Source: Eledone cirrhosa
Taxonomy: Eukaryota
DNA: 64,000 bases
Assembly: GCA_964016885.1 (NCBI GenBank)
Contig: OZ024740.1
Span: forward strand, 149,048,001 to 149,112,000
Reading direction: 5' to 3'
The notes under the pieces were generated by a model. The model did not search any database and was not told the origin of the DNA. It worked only from the letters and a program-made list of their open reading frames with translations. Position numbers and translations under genes: made by a program. Positions 1 through 12,390 of this stretch are shown here, piece after piece. Numbering within the stretch: the first letter of the stretch is position 1; every line of letters starts with the position of its first letter.

Positions 1-265
1 TTGAAGGATGCAGAGTTACCTAGGGTTTTCTGCCCTTCGAACTCTCCTATACCATCAGAATCTCCCCGGAAAACGTCATAGAATTTTTACAACCAGGTGT
101 TAATCAGTAAATTTACCTTAAGCACACACAGTATACGTAGACCGACAAAACTCCATGCTTCCACACTGTTGTTGGATCTCAAATCCGCTCGTAGCCTCTG
201 GATGTTTCTTTCCCAAGCTAACTATTATTGAACCTACATGATTTTTTTTTTCTAAAACTATTTTA

Positions 266-267
<2 letters not shown>

Positions 268-296
<29 letters not shown>

Positions 297-402
297 CTTC
301 TTCTTCTTCTTCTTCTTCTTCTTCTTCTTCTTCTTCTTCTTCTTCTTCTTCTTCTTCTTCTTCTTCTTCTTCTACTTCTTCTTCTTTTTCTTCTTCTTCT
401 TC
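268..402. repeat. (TTC)n microsatellite
   Basis: Pure TTC run; explains the poly-Glu ORF at 118-408. Confidence 0.97.
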
Positions 403-764
403 GCCCACTCATTCTTGGGAAAGTAGTGGGGTCTGAGTCTTAAACATGCTCTCCAGTGGGTCCCAGCAGATATACAACCATCTCCAATTGATGCAGCTGG
501 ACTCCCGTGGTGTTATTTATAAAATCTGTCCGATTGCGTGACAAATGTACGAACGTATCCGTGAATAGATGTAATTAAACTTAACTAATATTACTTAGTA
601 CTAAATACTACATCAAACGCAAATAGGATCTGTTCTATAACAACGATTTACTAAGTATATTCACAATTTGTTTCTATGTATTTGTTTTTTTAATTGTGTG
701 TCTCAATCTTTATAGAAATGGGTATTGCATATTATTATTAAAGTTAGTTCAATGTTTCTGTCAG

Positions 765-883
765 ATTATTTTCAGAAGAGGATCCCCAGTGGATAGGAGC
801 TTGGTGGTTATCATTTTTAGTTTCAGCAGTGATAGCTCTCTTAATTGTTCCATTAATGATGGCTTACAAGAAAGAACTGCCGG
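765..883 (+). CDS. SLCO: OATP/SLCO organic anion transporter, internal exon (first visible here)
   Basis: Encodes EEDPQWIGAWWLSFLVSAVIALLIVPLMMAYKKELP, containing the OATP signature D-x-[RQ]-W-[IV]-GAWW; acceptor AG 763-764 (exact acceptor uncertain), donor GTATGT at 884, phase 1. Confidence 0.88.
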
Positions 884-1613
884 GTATGTTTATCGTTTGG
901 TTTTTATGCTTATTTTCTGTTCATTGAGTTCTCAGAATATAAATTTCGCGCACTAATAACAGAATTTTTTAAATAATGATATCTCAAAATGTAGAGTATA
1001 ACTATATTTCAATTATGGTTTTTCAATGAACTTTGGAGTTAATTTATCCATTATTTTCCACATCGTATCATTTGCGTTAACATATCACCGGACAACATTT
1101 CCAACACAATGAGGATTATATAATTAAATGTGAAAATATGTAATCATTAGTATTGAGTTTCGAAATAACTAAGGATAGAGTTTTATCAGAATATGCTATA
1201 ATAAATTAGATAAATTTGCCTAGCTTTTGAAATACCTTTGTAAATGTAATAATTTATAAGGTGCACAGATGATGCATAATCATTATAAATTTCCCTATTA
1301 AAATGTTTCGCACCAATGATTTAATGTCAGAAAGTAACAGGTTATATTTAATACAGTTAAAAGCAGTTTGTGAATTTAACTAGTAACACTATTTGTTTCA
1401 ATACCATTTTAACTAACTTAGAATATTAATTGAAATTTCGTAAATCTAAGTAAGTTATTCTGAATTATGAAATATGAGCAGAATTTATACACATAGAAAT
1501 AGCTACTTTTATATTTTATCTGAATTAAATGTGTGCGATACTAAAGATCCGAAGCTGCACTATTGCCATGTTCGAGACACATAATTCTTCTTGGATCATT
1601 CCAACAAGCTGTA

Positions 1614-2001
1614 AATAAGTAAATAAGTATCACTGTAAATAAGTATCATTGCATATTGTTCGCACCTTTAAGGATAGAATTTTACAACTAAAGATGTATA
1701 CATCCAGCCACATTTTGAACAAAAAATATCATGCGTATGCTCTAATTAGAAAGGTTTTACCAGTGTGGTAAACATTTGAAACACCGTTTAGTTGTAAACA
1801 CATTTGAAACACTCTTTAGTTGTAAAATTCTATCCTTAAAGGTGCGAACACTATGCAATGATACTTATTTACAGTGATATTTATTTACTTATTGAGTGTT
1901 TCAAATGTGTTTACAACTAAACGGTGTTTCAAATGGTAAAACCTTTCTAATTAGAGAATACGCATGATATTTTTGTTCAAAATGTGGCTGGATGTATACA
2001 T
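1614..2001. repeat. interleaved inverted repeat A-B-A'-B'
   Basis: 1614-1693 is the reverse complement of ~1814-1893; 1694-1814 is the reverse complement of ~1893-2001. Confidence 0.85.
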
Positions 2002-3062
2002 GGGACATTACTTTCTGTGTAAAACAATTTTACAATAAAATAAAGAAAGTCTAAACGTTATTTATCAACATTCTAATAAAATCAGCATAGATCTATAAGA
2101 ACACTGTAAATATTTCGCAAAATGTTGTGACAAATTATTTGACAAATGGGAGCGATATTTGTTTGAGCCAGGGATGATACAGCAAGGATAAATGTTACTT
2201 TCTATAATTATTTTATGTCCTCCTTAAGACAGCATGATACCAGAAAAAATGTTTTAATTATTTGAAGTTAATGTCGTTAATGTTTCATAAATATTTTGAA
2301 TTGTAGCATTGCAAGACTGTTACGAGAATGCTTTTCAGTTTTCTCTTGCCTACTACACTCGTAAAATTTTATTCGCTTCAGTCAGGAATGTATATTTCTA
2401 TCTCGATGATTTATTTGCACTTTGTTGAGAGATAATGACCTAGTGTCGCATTAAAAAGAAAGAGATTTCCGCAATTGCTCATGAAATATTACTAATCCTA
2501 ATATTTAGAGATAATGCAGCGATTTGAAATTACTATTGTTTATAGGTATAATGAAGACAGTTTTGGGAAGGTTATGTGAAGTTGTTTAAAGTTTGCTAGC
2601 TACGAGTATGCCTTTTAAATTGTTAAATTGTTAAACTATGTTAACAATTTCTTGTAGATGTTTCGAAGACCTTTACTATATAAAAGAGAATGACTAAGCT
2701 ATGTGGATTCATGCATATAAGTAACAGATGATTTCAGAGTATGCTTAAAAGTGATGTTCTAGTAACTCGTTGATATAAATGAGTAAGAGTTTGCAAAGAT
2801 GAATTCTCGAATAATTTATTTTTTCGTGACGAGAACAGTGCATGTAATATATAGCTAACATTTCTAACTGAACAGCGAAAGGTTATTCTTCGTGGCATTT
2901 GAAGGCATCCAAGTGGCGCTTAGTAGTATCAAACTGGGATACGGTTTAGGTCTATCATACAATACACAGGTCCAAACCATCCGTCTAGCTTCGGCATAGT
3001 TCCTATCATTCAAATTTTACACAGATGGCTTTGACCTCCGTTCAATATTTCTCCTTTATCAG

Positions 3063-3320
3063 TCTCTAAAAAAATAGAAAATAGCTGTTCAGAGGTGCAC
3101 CAAAATACTTCTCAGAAGCGGTTAGCTCAATTTGGTTTTGGATCCAAAGTAAAAGATCTCCCAGTCACAGCATATCTTCTCTTGTGGAACCCAAGTTTCT
3201 TATTCGTGACTCTAACGTTTACTACTGAAGCAGCATTATTACATGGTGTTACAACATTTTTGCCAAAGTATCTTGAAAGTCAATACCAGCGAACACCATC
3301 ACAGGCCTCTTTACTCACAG
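3063..3320 (+). CDS. SLCO: OATP/SLCO exon
   Basis: AG 3061-3062, GTACGT at 3321; phase 1 in and out; ...KDLPVTAYLLLWNPSF...TFLPKYLESQYQRTPSQASLLTG is typical OATP sequence. Confidence 0.92.
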
Positions 3321-3977
3321 GTACGTAATTTTAATTGTGCTAACAAAGGCAAGACATTTTATATTAGTGTACATTATTATCTATTTAGAATTTAAAGAAT
3401 TCAATCAAGCGCATATTTGGAAGACCCGTGAAATTTGGTTCTTTTTATTAACAATTTCTTTTGAAATAACTTATATGGAGAGATTTAGACAAGAGTCTGT
3501 GAAATACCGTTTTAATTATCATTAATCAAATTTTGAAATATACCATGATTCAAATGGATAATCAAAACCATTTTACTGCTTTTTCAATATACTAAAATAT
3601 ATATCTTTCTTATGGAGTTACATTGCTTTAAAACTTTACAACTATGATCAAAATATCAGATCTAATGCTTTAATAAATTATTGGAAATTTTAGGTGTACG
3701 TTTTCATAAACAGACATCGAATATTTATGCAAGTATTTGAAATATAAAGCATACAATTTTTTACTAAATATGAATCGTTGACATAACATCTTTTAATTTC
3801 AAGAAGAAGAATATGTTAAAACATCCCATATCCCTAGCCTTGATTTGCAATACACATCACTTCAAACCCACAAAATACAAGACAAAAATAAACATTGATT
3901 AAAATATCATTTCCCTGTGTGAATTCTGATTGATACTAATTTATGGCTATATTTAATATTCCTATACCTTTCTGTAG

Positions 3978-4176
3978 GAATAATTGCAGTTCCGGGTGGA
4001 GCAGGAGGTCAACTATTAGGAGGTTATATTTGCAAAAGATTTGGTTTAAAAATTAACCAAATGACACGTCTGGCTATTGTATGTTTTGTTGTTTCATTGA
4101 CTACTTGGAGTGTTGTTTGGATAAAATGTGATGGCAGCATTTTGGCAGATATTGTAGAGAAAAATGAAAATAGAAG
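3978..4176 (+). CDS. SLCO: OATP/SLCO exon
   Basis: AG 3976-3977, GTGAGT at 4177; GIIAVPGGAGGQLLGGYICKRFGLK...WIKCD; phase 1 in, phase 2 out. Confidence 0.92.
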
Positions 4177-4599
4177 GTGAGTCTTTTTAATATGAATAGA
4201 CAGAGTTTTAGTAATTTCTGTTTATACAAAATAACATTTTTAAAATGTTCAATTCATAATCACTGCATTATTTTCATTTCTTTGATCAGATAATCGTTTT
4301 GATATCAACGATATACGACGAGCTTCACATATATAGAGAGTTCTTTGTTTAAAATAAACCAACGATCAAACTTTATAGAGTGGAATATTTGTTGAGAGGA
4401 CAATAAAAGCTCAAGGATAGAGATATTTCAATTCGCAACATACATGGATGGAACTAAACACTAAGGTTTTATTCAGATACTTAGACGTTTAGATCAACCT
4501 CTTGTAAAACATATTCTTACAAAGAGAATCAGATTTCATTACGGAATAAACAGAAGATATCTGCATTTGTTTTTGAAAAGAAAAAGGTTCCCATACTTT

Positions 4600-5693
4600 A
4601 AGGGAACACGTTTCTCCCTAGCAAAGCAGTGTAAATGAAGGCGGTCGAACAAGACGTGGTCCCAGAACTTGAGCAGCCTCTGGCCGACTGGACAGATGAA
4701 AGCCTCTCTGTCTCCCAGAAAACAAATGTCCAACATGACAGGGACGATATCAAGTGCAGGTTTTCATTCAGGCAGATGGAGTCTGGGTTGGATGAACACC
4801 ACCTTGTCTGTTTCCGATCTGCTTCCAAACGGTAGTGCGAGGATCAATTCGGTCCCCTCCTCATCAACCGATACCCTTCTTGATGACGAGTGACGAGTGG
4901 CCCAACGCCTCGGCCTACGCATGTGTGGACCAAACAAATGCTATTGTGGGGCTGTCGTTGAAAAGTATGGCCTGCACCCAGTGTCATGCCAACAGAGCAC
5001 AGACTGGTTCCCCCGAAATGCCGTTCTCAACGACATATTGAGGAGCTTGGATGCAGCTGGCTTCCCATCACAGCTGGAGCCACCAGGCCTCGACCACGAA
5101 GACTGCAAGCGCCCCGACGGTATTACCCGCTTCCAATTTAGTTGCTTCGGACACAAAACCCGGTACTGCGGCTCGTAATGCAGAGGACAGGTAGACAAGT
5201 AAATACCGGGGATTGTCCGGCCGCTTCCTCTTCGCTCCGTTCCCTGTCGAGACCTCAGCAGTCCTCGGACCCCGTACTGCCGAACTCATCCGCAACATCG
5301 GAACGTCAGCATCCCGTTTGAGGAAGGAGCCCCACGAGGTGGGGTGGCTGTTGCAGCGGATATCGCGAGCCATCGTCAGTGGAAATGACTTTGTAGCTTT
5401 GTCCGAGGGACGTAGCCCAAACATTGCCCCGCCTAGGCACAAAACCCATCACCCTCTCCCTTTCTTTCCCCTTTTCTTCTGTGGCTCAAGAGTCCTTGCT
5501 TTTGCTCTCCTTTTCTTCTTATTTATGGCATTTATAGTTCTTTCCTCTACTTTTCCATAGAGCCAGATCTGCCCTTCTTTACCCCTTCCCATTTTTGTAA
5601 TTACTTAATTTTGTTTTTATCTTTCTTTTTCATATTTCTGTCATTTTATATCTTCTTTATTTGTAATGTTATTTATATAACTGAATAATAAAA
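4600..5693 (+). mobile_element. degenerate 3' fragment of a CRE-clade (RLE) non-LTR retrotransposon
   Basis: Frameshifted peptides RLGLRMC..C.CG...H..SC, RNAVLND, EPPGL..ED.KRPDGIT, F.PFPVET...G, LQRISRAIVSGN match the CRE-type zinc finger and RLE C-terminus; GC-rich island with T-rich 3' UTR ending AATAATAAAA. Confidence 0.75.
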
Positions 5694-6460
5694 CCCTTTT
5701 ATATCGATTTTACGAAATGTAAAAAGAGAAAATAAGGATCACACAATAGACAAGTTTTCCAGTGGTCTACGATTTTTATTTCACAACTGATGAAGTTTCT
5801 GTTTTGGCATTTCGCATGTTAAAAAACAGACACATAGTATTATATAAAAAAAGGTGGGGTGGTTTGATATGAATGTTTTTAATCAACAGGGTTGACCTAA
5901 CAAATTCAGATAATTTTATGATGAATAAACTGCACAGTATAAACAATTTCAGAAAATACGTAGATAATAATTCATATTCTAATACTAAAGAAAAGATTAT
6001 TATTGTGAAATGAAGGCAAGATATGAGTGATTTTCAGGAACAATATATCGGTGGCCAAAATTAATTATAGTTGTTAATTTCAGTGTAGATTACATAGATA
6101 CCAAATGAACCCAAACAATTTAGCTTTGGTTTTTTATCTATTTCAAAGTCTTTAAATAACTGACTTTCAAGCCTTACAGCAAGTTCTTTGCAGCCTAAGA
6201 ATGAAAAACAATTGTGAATCCAATATCCTCATTACTGGTATAAGCGTTCAAAAATTCATTAACCCCTTTCCTTTAAAATAGAACCGTAATATGTCCTTTT
6301 GATGCTTGAAGCATTTGTAAGAATATGGTGCCCGCCTTCCATATATAAAGTCAGCAAAAGACCTGGCGGCAGGAGAAATGATAGACATATTGAATATAAA
6401 TAAAATTTATTACATGAAAAAAAAATTTGAAATAACTTAGTACACACATATATATATATA

Positions 6461-6661
6461 TAACAAAGGAATTGTGGTAAGGAACCAAATGGACCATAAC
6501 GCACCAGAGTACTCAATAGTTAGGGCAGTAGAGTGGGAAATAGGAAAAAGTATGACCCCGACGGCAGAGCTCAAGCCGTTTCGACGGCTATTTCTGGTGT
6601 CAGTCCAGAAATAGCCGTCGAAACGGCTTGAGCTCTGCTGTTGGGGTCATACTTTTTCCTA
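6461..6661. mobile_element. palindromic (TA)n-associated repeat family P, copy 1
   Basis: GTGGTAAGGAACCA..GGACCATAACGCACC head followed by a long hairpin; homologous to 13105, 61216 and 63696. Confidence 0.8.
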
Positions 6662-6832
<171 letters not shown>

Positions 6833-7025
6833 GGAACCCCTATGTAAATCGGGAAGTGACCACTGTTAAAAAAGGGAACTTAATACGTTATTAGAATATA
6901 GGCATATTTTATAAAAGGAATGACTTCTTGAGGATTAAGGCTGTTTCATTTGTAAGAAATCACCAAGAATGTCATGATGATTTCTAACGAATGAAACATC
7001 TCTAGACTTGTAGAGGTCATTTCTA

Positions 7026-7062
<37 letters not shown>

Positions 7063-7301
7063 TATATATTATCACCCAAATTTTGGAGCCTTCATTGAAC
7101 TGCCCTATATATTCCAACAATGAAGAAGATCCGACAATGGAAAATCTCCTTAGTGTCCTTCTTCCTTTGATGCCCTAAGCATGTGCTTATTATTCTTAAT
7201 AGTTAATCCAGTATTGTATTAATATATATAAGTTTTATTTCGTACTAGAAGAGAAAAACAATAATGTACTATTAACTAAATATATTCATTTTATTTTTCA
7301 G

Positions 7302-7458
7302 GTATCAATTTAATTTCTCTCATCTGGATTTCACAGCTGCTTGCAACATCGACTGCTATTGTAGCACAGCATTTTATCAACCAGTCTGTGGTTCAAACAA
7401 AAAACTCTACTTCAGCCCCTGTCATGCAGGTTGTGTTGAGCACAACGTGCATAATCAA
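7302..7458 (+). CDS. SLCO: OATP/SLCO exon, Kazal-like extracellular domain
   Basis: AG 7300-7301, GTATGT at 7459; CNIDCYCSTAFYQPVCGSNKKLYFSPCHAGC is the OATP Kazal motif; phase 2 in, phase 0 out. Confidence 0.94.
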
Positions 7459-7842
7459 GTATGTGTTGTAAATAAACCTTTACGAAAATGTTGTACTTAA
7501 AAGAATGTATTTAACGTTAAATATAATTGAAAAATTAACATTTAAAAATGTAACCAATATATATAAGTAATTAATTGTTTCTACTATTGGCACAAGGCCA
7601 GCAATTACCCTTTCCGACGACAACTAGATTAAAAAAAAAAAAATTGGAAGCATTTAGTTGTCATCTTTACAGCTTCTTTTCAAATTTATTTCATTTTATA
7701 AATTGCAGAACAGCTTCAAACACTGAAGTTATATTGGTTAACTTTTATATCGATATGTTAGAGGGCCTTACATTCTATAGAGCGTATTATATTCTCTATA
7801 ACAGCAAAATGTGTTTTACATATGATTGATTTCTCGTTGCAG

Positions 7843-8015
7843 AGTTATTCGAACTGTTCCTGTATAGATGATATTGAACAACCAGGGTACGCTACGAAAG
7901 GAACGTGCAAGTATCATGAATATTGTTATCAACTATTCATTTTCCTACCCTTGTTAATGATTACATTTTTTCTAACGTTTGTTGCGCGGACTCCCCTTGT
8001 TGCTGTTGTACTTAG
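7843..8015 (+). CDS. SLCO: OATP/SLCO exon
   Basis: AG 7841-7842, GTAAGT at 8016; SYSNCSCI...ATKGTC...VAVVLR; phase 0 in, phase 2 out. Confidence 0.93.
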
Positions 8016-8556
8016 GTAAGTATCTTTTTGTCATTGTTATAAAATATCCTCTGATTGATGTAATATAATTCTAAAAGTTAGTCAATCTAGAAGCATAATG
8101 TTTCCATTTATAAGCACTTGTAATAGTATTTTGATTATTTCTTTAAAATTACAACAACTTGTAAACACTTAAGAGTGAAATGTTAGGAAGCTGTTAGGAG
8201 AGGAAATGGTCTTATGTGATAGTTATAATATAATCTTAATATAAAAAAAAGTAAAATCATTACAAACGACTAGTAAAACTATGGGCGTACATTTACAACC
8301 TCAATTTCACCGAAAGAGGTTACATGCATTATCGGGTTCGAAGAGAGAAGTTTAAGGTAGAGTACAAATAGTTGTTGTAGAATCGTCATTCTATTTAAAA
8401 TTATTCATATTATTCATAAATGAATAAATTCCGAGAGCGACACAAGTTTGAATAGACGGGTGCGGCAATGAATGCGAAGGTAAACATGAGAAAGAGATAG
8501 AGAGGCGGGGAGAGAGAAGGGGAGATTAATAGATAGATGGATAGAATATATATAAG

Positions 8557-8751
8557 GGCGGTGGATTGGCAGTATCGGCAGAGGGTCGGACGTCATGCTT
8601 TGACGCATAGAGTTACGGCCCTTGCCATTCTGATTTCAAATCCCGCCGAGGTTAACTTTGCCTTTCATTCTTACGGGGTCGATAAAATAAAGTACCAGTA
8701 ATACACTGGTTTATTGCTGGCCTTGTGCCAAAAGTAGAAACAATTATTATT
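8557..8751 (+). mobile_element. tRNA-derived SINE, near full length
   Basis: Box-B-like TTCAAATCCC, central GCCTTTCAT.CTTACGGGGTCGATAAAATAAAGTACC (resembles a Meta-type SINE domain), tail GCCTTGTGCCAAAAGTAGAAACAA(TTA)n; more than 10 related copies in the window. Confidence 0.85.
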
Positions 8752-8790
8752 TATATATGTGTGTGGCTGTGTCTGTGTATATATATATAT

Positions 8791-11680
8791 ATATATGTGA
8801 ATATAGACATAGAATATTCGAAAATATTCTGTATGTTTATAATAAACATTTTGAAGACCTAATCGCTATAGAATAGAATACGTCACGTATTACAATTAGA
8901 TTCTCGATAAAAGCAAGGGAAGTAATCTACGCGTTTCATTCTTGTTAGAAATCATCAGGACTACATATCCAGTGCTTTTATCGAGAATGACACAGCTAGA
9001 GACTTATAGAATACTTAGCTGTGTACAGGAACTGGTTTGAAAGAGCGGTTGCCGGTCCGGCAGAAATTAGAAATTGGAATAAATGCTCTGAAATAGCGAT
9101 ATATATGTGAATATAGACATAGAATATTCGAAAATATTCTGTATGTTTATAATAAACATTTTGAAGACCTAATCGCTATAGAATAGAATACGTCACGTAT
9201 TACAATTAGATTCTCGATAAAAGCAAGGGAAGTAATCTACGCGTTTCATTCTTGTTAGAAATCATCAGGACTACATATCCAGTGCTTTTATCGAGAATGA
9301 CACAGCTAGAGACTTATAGAATACTTAGCTGTGTACAGGAACTGGTTTGAAAGAGCGGTTGCCGGTCCGGCAGAAATTAGAAATTGGAATAAATGCTCTG
9401 AAATAGCGATATATATGTGAATATAGACATAGAATATTCGAAAATATTCTGTATGTTTATAATAAACATTTTGAAGACCTAATCGCTATAGAATAGAATA
9501 CGTCACGTATTACAATTAGATTCTCGATAAAAGCAAGGGAAGTAATCTACGCGTTTCATTCTTGTTAGAAATCATCAGGACTACATATCCAGTGCTTTTA
9601 TCGAGAATGACACAGCTAGAGACTTATAGAATACTTAGCTGTGTACAGGAACTGGTTTGAAAGAGCGGTTGCCGGTCCGGCAGAAATTAGAAATTGGAAT
9701 AAATGCTCTGAAATAGCGATATATATGTGAATATAGACATAGAATATTCGAAAATATTCTGTATGTTTATAATAAACATTTTGAAGACCTAATCGCTATA
9801 GAATAGAATACGTCACGTATTACAATTAGATTCTCGATAAAAGCAAGGGAAGTAATCTACGCGTTTCATTCTTGTTAGAAATCATCAGGACTACATATCC
9901 AGTGCTTTTATCGAGAATGACACAGCTAGAGACTTATAGAATACTTAGCTGTGTACAGGAACTGGTTTGAAAGAGCGGTTGCCGGTCCGGCAGAAATTAG
10001 AAATTGGAATAAATGCTCTGAAATAGCGATATATATGTGAATATAGACATAGAATATTCGAAAATATTCTGTATGTTTATAATAAACATTTTGAAGACCT
10101 AATCGCTATAGAATAGAATACGTCACGTATTACAATTAGATTCTCGATAAAAGCAAGGGAAGTAATCTACGCGTTTCATTCTTGTTAGAAATCATCAGGA
10201 CTACATATCCAGTGCTTTTATCGAGAATGACACAGCTAGAGACTTATAGAATACTTAGCTGTGTACAGGAACTGGTTTGAAAGAGCGGTTGCCGGTCCGG
10301 CAGAAATTAGAAATTGGAATAAATGCTCTGAAATAGCGATATATATGTGAATATAGACATAGAATATTCGAAAATATTCTGTATGTTTATAATAAACATT
10401 TTGAAGACCTAATCGCTATAGAATAGAATACGTCACGTATTACAATTAGATTCTCGATAAAAGCAAGGGAAGTAATCTACGCGTTTCATTCTTGTTAGAA
10501 ATCATCAGGACTACATATCCAGTGCTTTTATCGAGAATGACACAGCTAGAGACTTATAGAATACTTAGCTGTGTACAGGAACTGGTTTGAAAGAGCGGTT
10601 GCCGGTCCGGCAGAAATTAGAAATTGGAATAAATGCTCTGAAATAGCGATATATATGTGAATATAGACATAGAATATTCGAAAATATTCTGTATGTTTAT
10701 AATAAACATTTTGAAGACCTAATCGCTATAGAATAGAATACGTCACGTATTACAATTAGATTCTCGATAAAAGCAAGGGAAGTAATCTACGCGTTTCATT
10801 CTTGTTAGAAATCATCAGGACTACATATCCAGTGCTTTTATCGAGAATGACACAGCTAGAGACTTATAGAATACTTAGCTGTGTACAGGAACTGGTTTGA
10901 AAGAGCGGTTGCCGGTCCGGCAGAAATTAGAAATTGGAATAAATGCTCTGAAATAGCGATATATATGTGAATATAGACATAGAATATTCGAAAATATTCT
11001 GTATGTTTATAATAAACATTTTGAAGACCTAATCGCTATAGAATAGAATACGTCACGTATTACAATTAGATTCTCGATAAAAGCAAGGGAAGTAATCTAC
11101 GCGTTTCATTCTTGTTAGAAATCATCAGGACTACATATCCAGTGCTTTTATCGAGAATGACACAGCTAGAGACTTATAGAATACTTAGCTGTGTACAGGA
11201 ACTGGTTTGAAAGAGCGGTTGCCGGTCCGGCAGAAATTAGAAATTGGAATAAATGCTCTGAAATAGCGATATATATGTGAATATAGACATAGAATATTCG
11301 AAAATATTCTGTATGTTTATAATAAACATTTTGAAGACCTAATCGCTATAGAATAGAATACGTCACGTATTACAATTAGATTCTCGATAAAAGCAAGGGA
11401 AGTAATCTACGCGTTTCATTCTTGTTAGAAATCATCAGGACTACATATCCAGTGCTTTTATCGAGAATGACACAGCTAGAGACTTATAGAATACTTAGCT
11501 GTGTACAGGAACTGGTTTGAAAGAGCGGTTGCCGGTCCGGCAGAAATTAGAAATTGGAATAAATGCTCTGAAATAGCGATATATATGTGAATATAGACAT
11601 AGAATATTCGAAAATATTCTGTATGTTTATAATAAACATTTTGAAGACCTAATCGCTATAGAATAGAATACGTCACGTAT
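8791..11680 (-). repeat. tandem array of ~9.3 identical 310-bp hammerhead-containing units (retrozyme / Penelope pLTR-like)
   Basis: Units start at 8791, 9101, 9411, 9721, 10031, 10341, 10651, 10961, 11271 and 11581 (partial); (TA)n on both flanks. Confidence 0.97.
8900..8988 (-). ncRNA. minimal type I hammerhead ribozyme (recurs every 310 bp, 9 copies)
   Basis: Minus strand: GTAGTC-CTGATGA-tTTCTaacaAGAAt-GAAAC-gc-GTA-GATTAC; stem I extended by the 16-bp pair ATTCTCGATAAAAGCA/TGCTTTTATCGAGAAT; palindromic stem III ACGCGT. Confidence 0.85.
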
Positions 11681-11845
11681 ATATATATAGAAATGGCTTC
11701 TACAGGACTAGAACTGTTTCATTCTCCTGTAGAAGCCATTTCTATATTAAATATTTATACTCTGCTATGTATTGAGTACCTTACTTACTGTGGTTACCCC
11801 CGATTGAACCCGGGATAAACTTATATATATATATATATATATAAG

Positions 11846-12186
11846 AGGAATTCCAACTTTGTCTGATTTACTCGTTTTATCTACAATCCTTTAAAATTTA
11901 TAATGGTATTAGAATGAAATAGTATGGTGGAATATTAAATGTTAAGTGTTAATTGAACAAGTACTTTCATGCTTTCGCAATCTTCAGGTTCATATTGTGT
12001 GGTGACAGTCAAGTTTTCAATTTTCTGAAAATTGCAAACTTGAACCTGAAGATTGCGAAAGCATGAAAGTACTTGTTCAATTAACACTTAACATTTAATA
12101 TTCTACTACACTATTTCATTCTAATACCATTATAAATTTTAAAGGATTGTAAATAAAACGAGTAAATCAGACAAAGTTGGAATTCC
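11846..12186. repeat. long inverted repeat (~147-bp arms) carrying a hammerhead in each arm
   Basis: 11846-11992 is the reverse complement of 12041-12186 with few mismatches; (TA)n nearby on both sides. Confidence 0.92.
12040..12080 (+). ncRNA. minimal type I hammerhead ribozyme
   Basis: TTGAAC-CTGAAGA-tTGCgaaaGCAt-GAAAG-ta-CTT-GTTCAA; palindromic stem III AGTACT; mirror copy on - at 11954-11992. Confidence 0.8.
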
Positions 12187-12231
12187 TTTTATTAATATAA
12201 TCTTCTATACACAATCATACACACCCGTGTA

Positions 12232-12323
<92 letters not shown>

Positions 12324-12390
12324 AAGATATGTAAGGTTAAAATTTGTTTGTGGGAATCAATGTGTAAACAAAGTAATGTTATTATTCTTT

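Noticed and set aside
118-408. Poly-Glu ORF and the many YIYI/CVCV/HTHT/RERE ORFs across the window
   Set aside because: Translations of (TTC)n, (TA)n, (TG)n and (AG)n microsatellites.
8557-8660. tRNA gene
   Set aside because: Only a box-B-like motif within a multicopy SINE head; no complete cloverleaf.
8791-11680. CRISPR-like array
   Set aside because: Whole 310-bp units are identical with no variable spacers, there are no cas genes, and the context is a eukaryotic intron.
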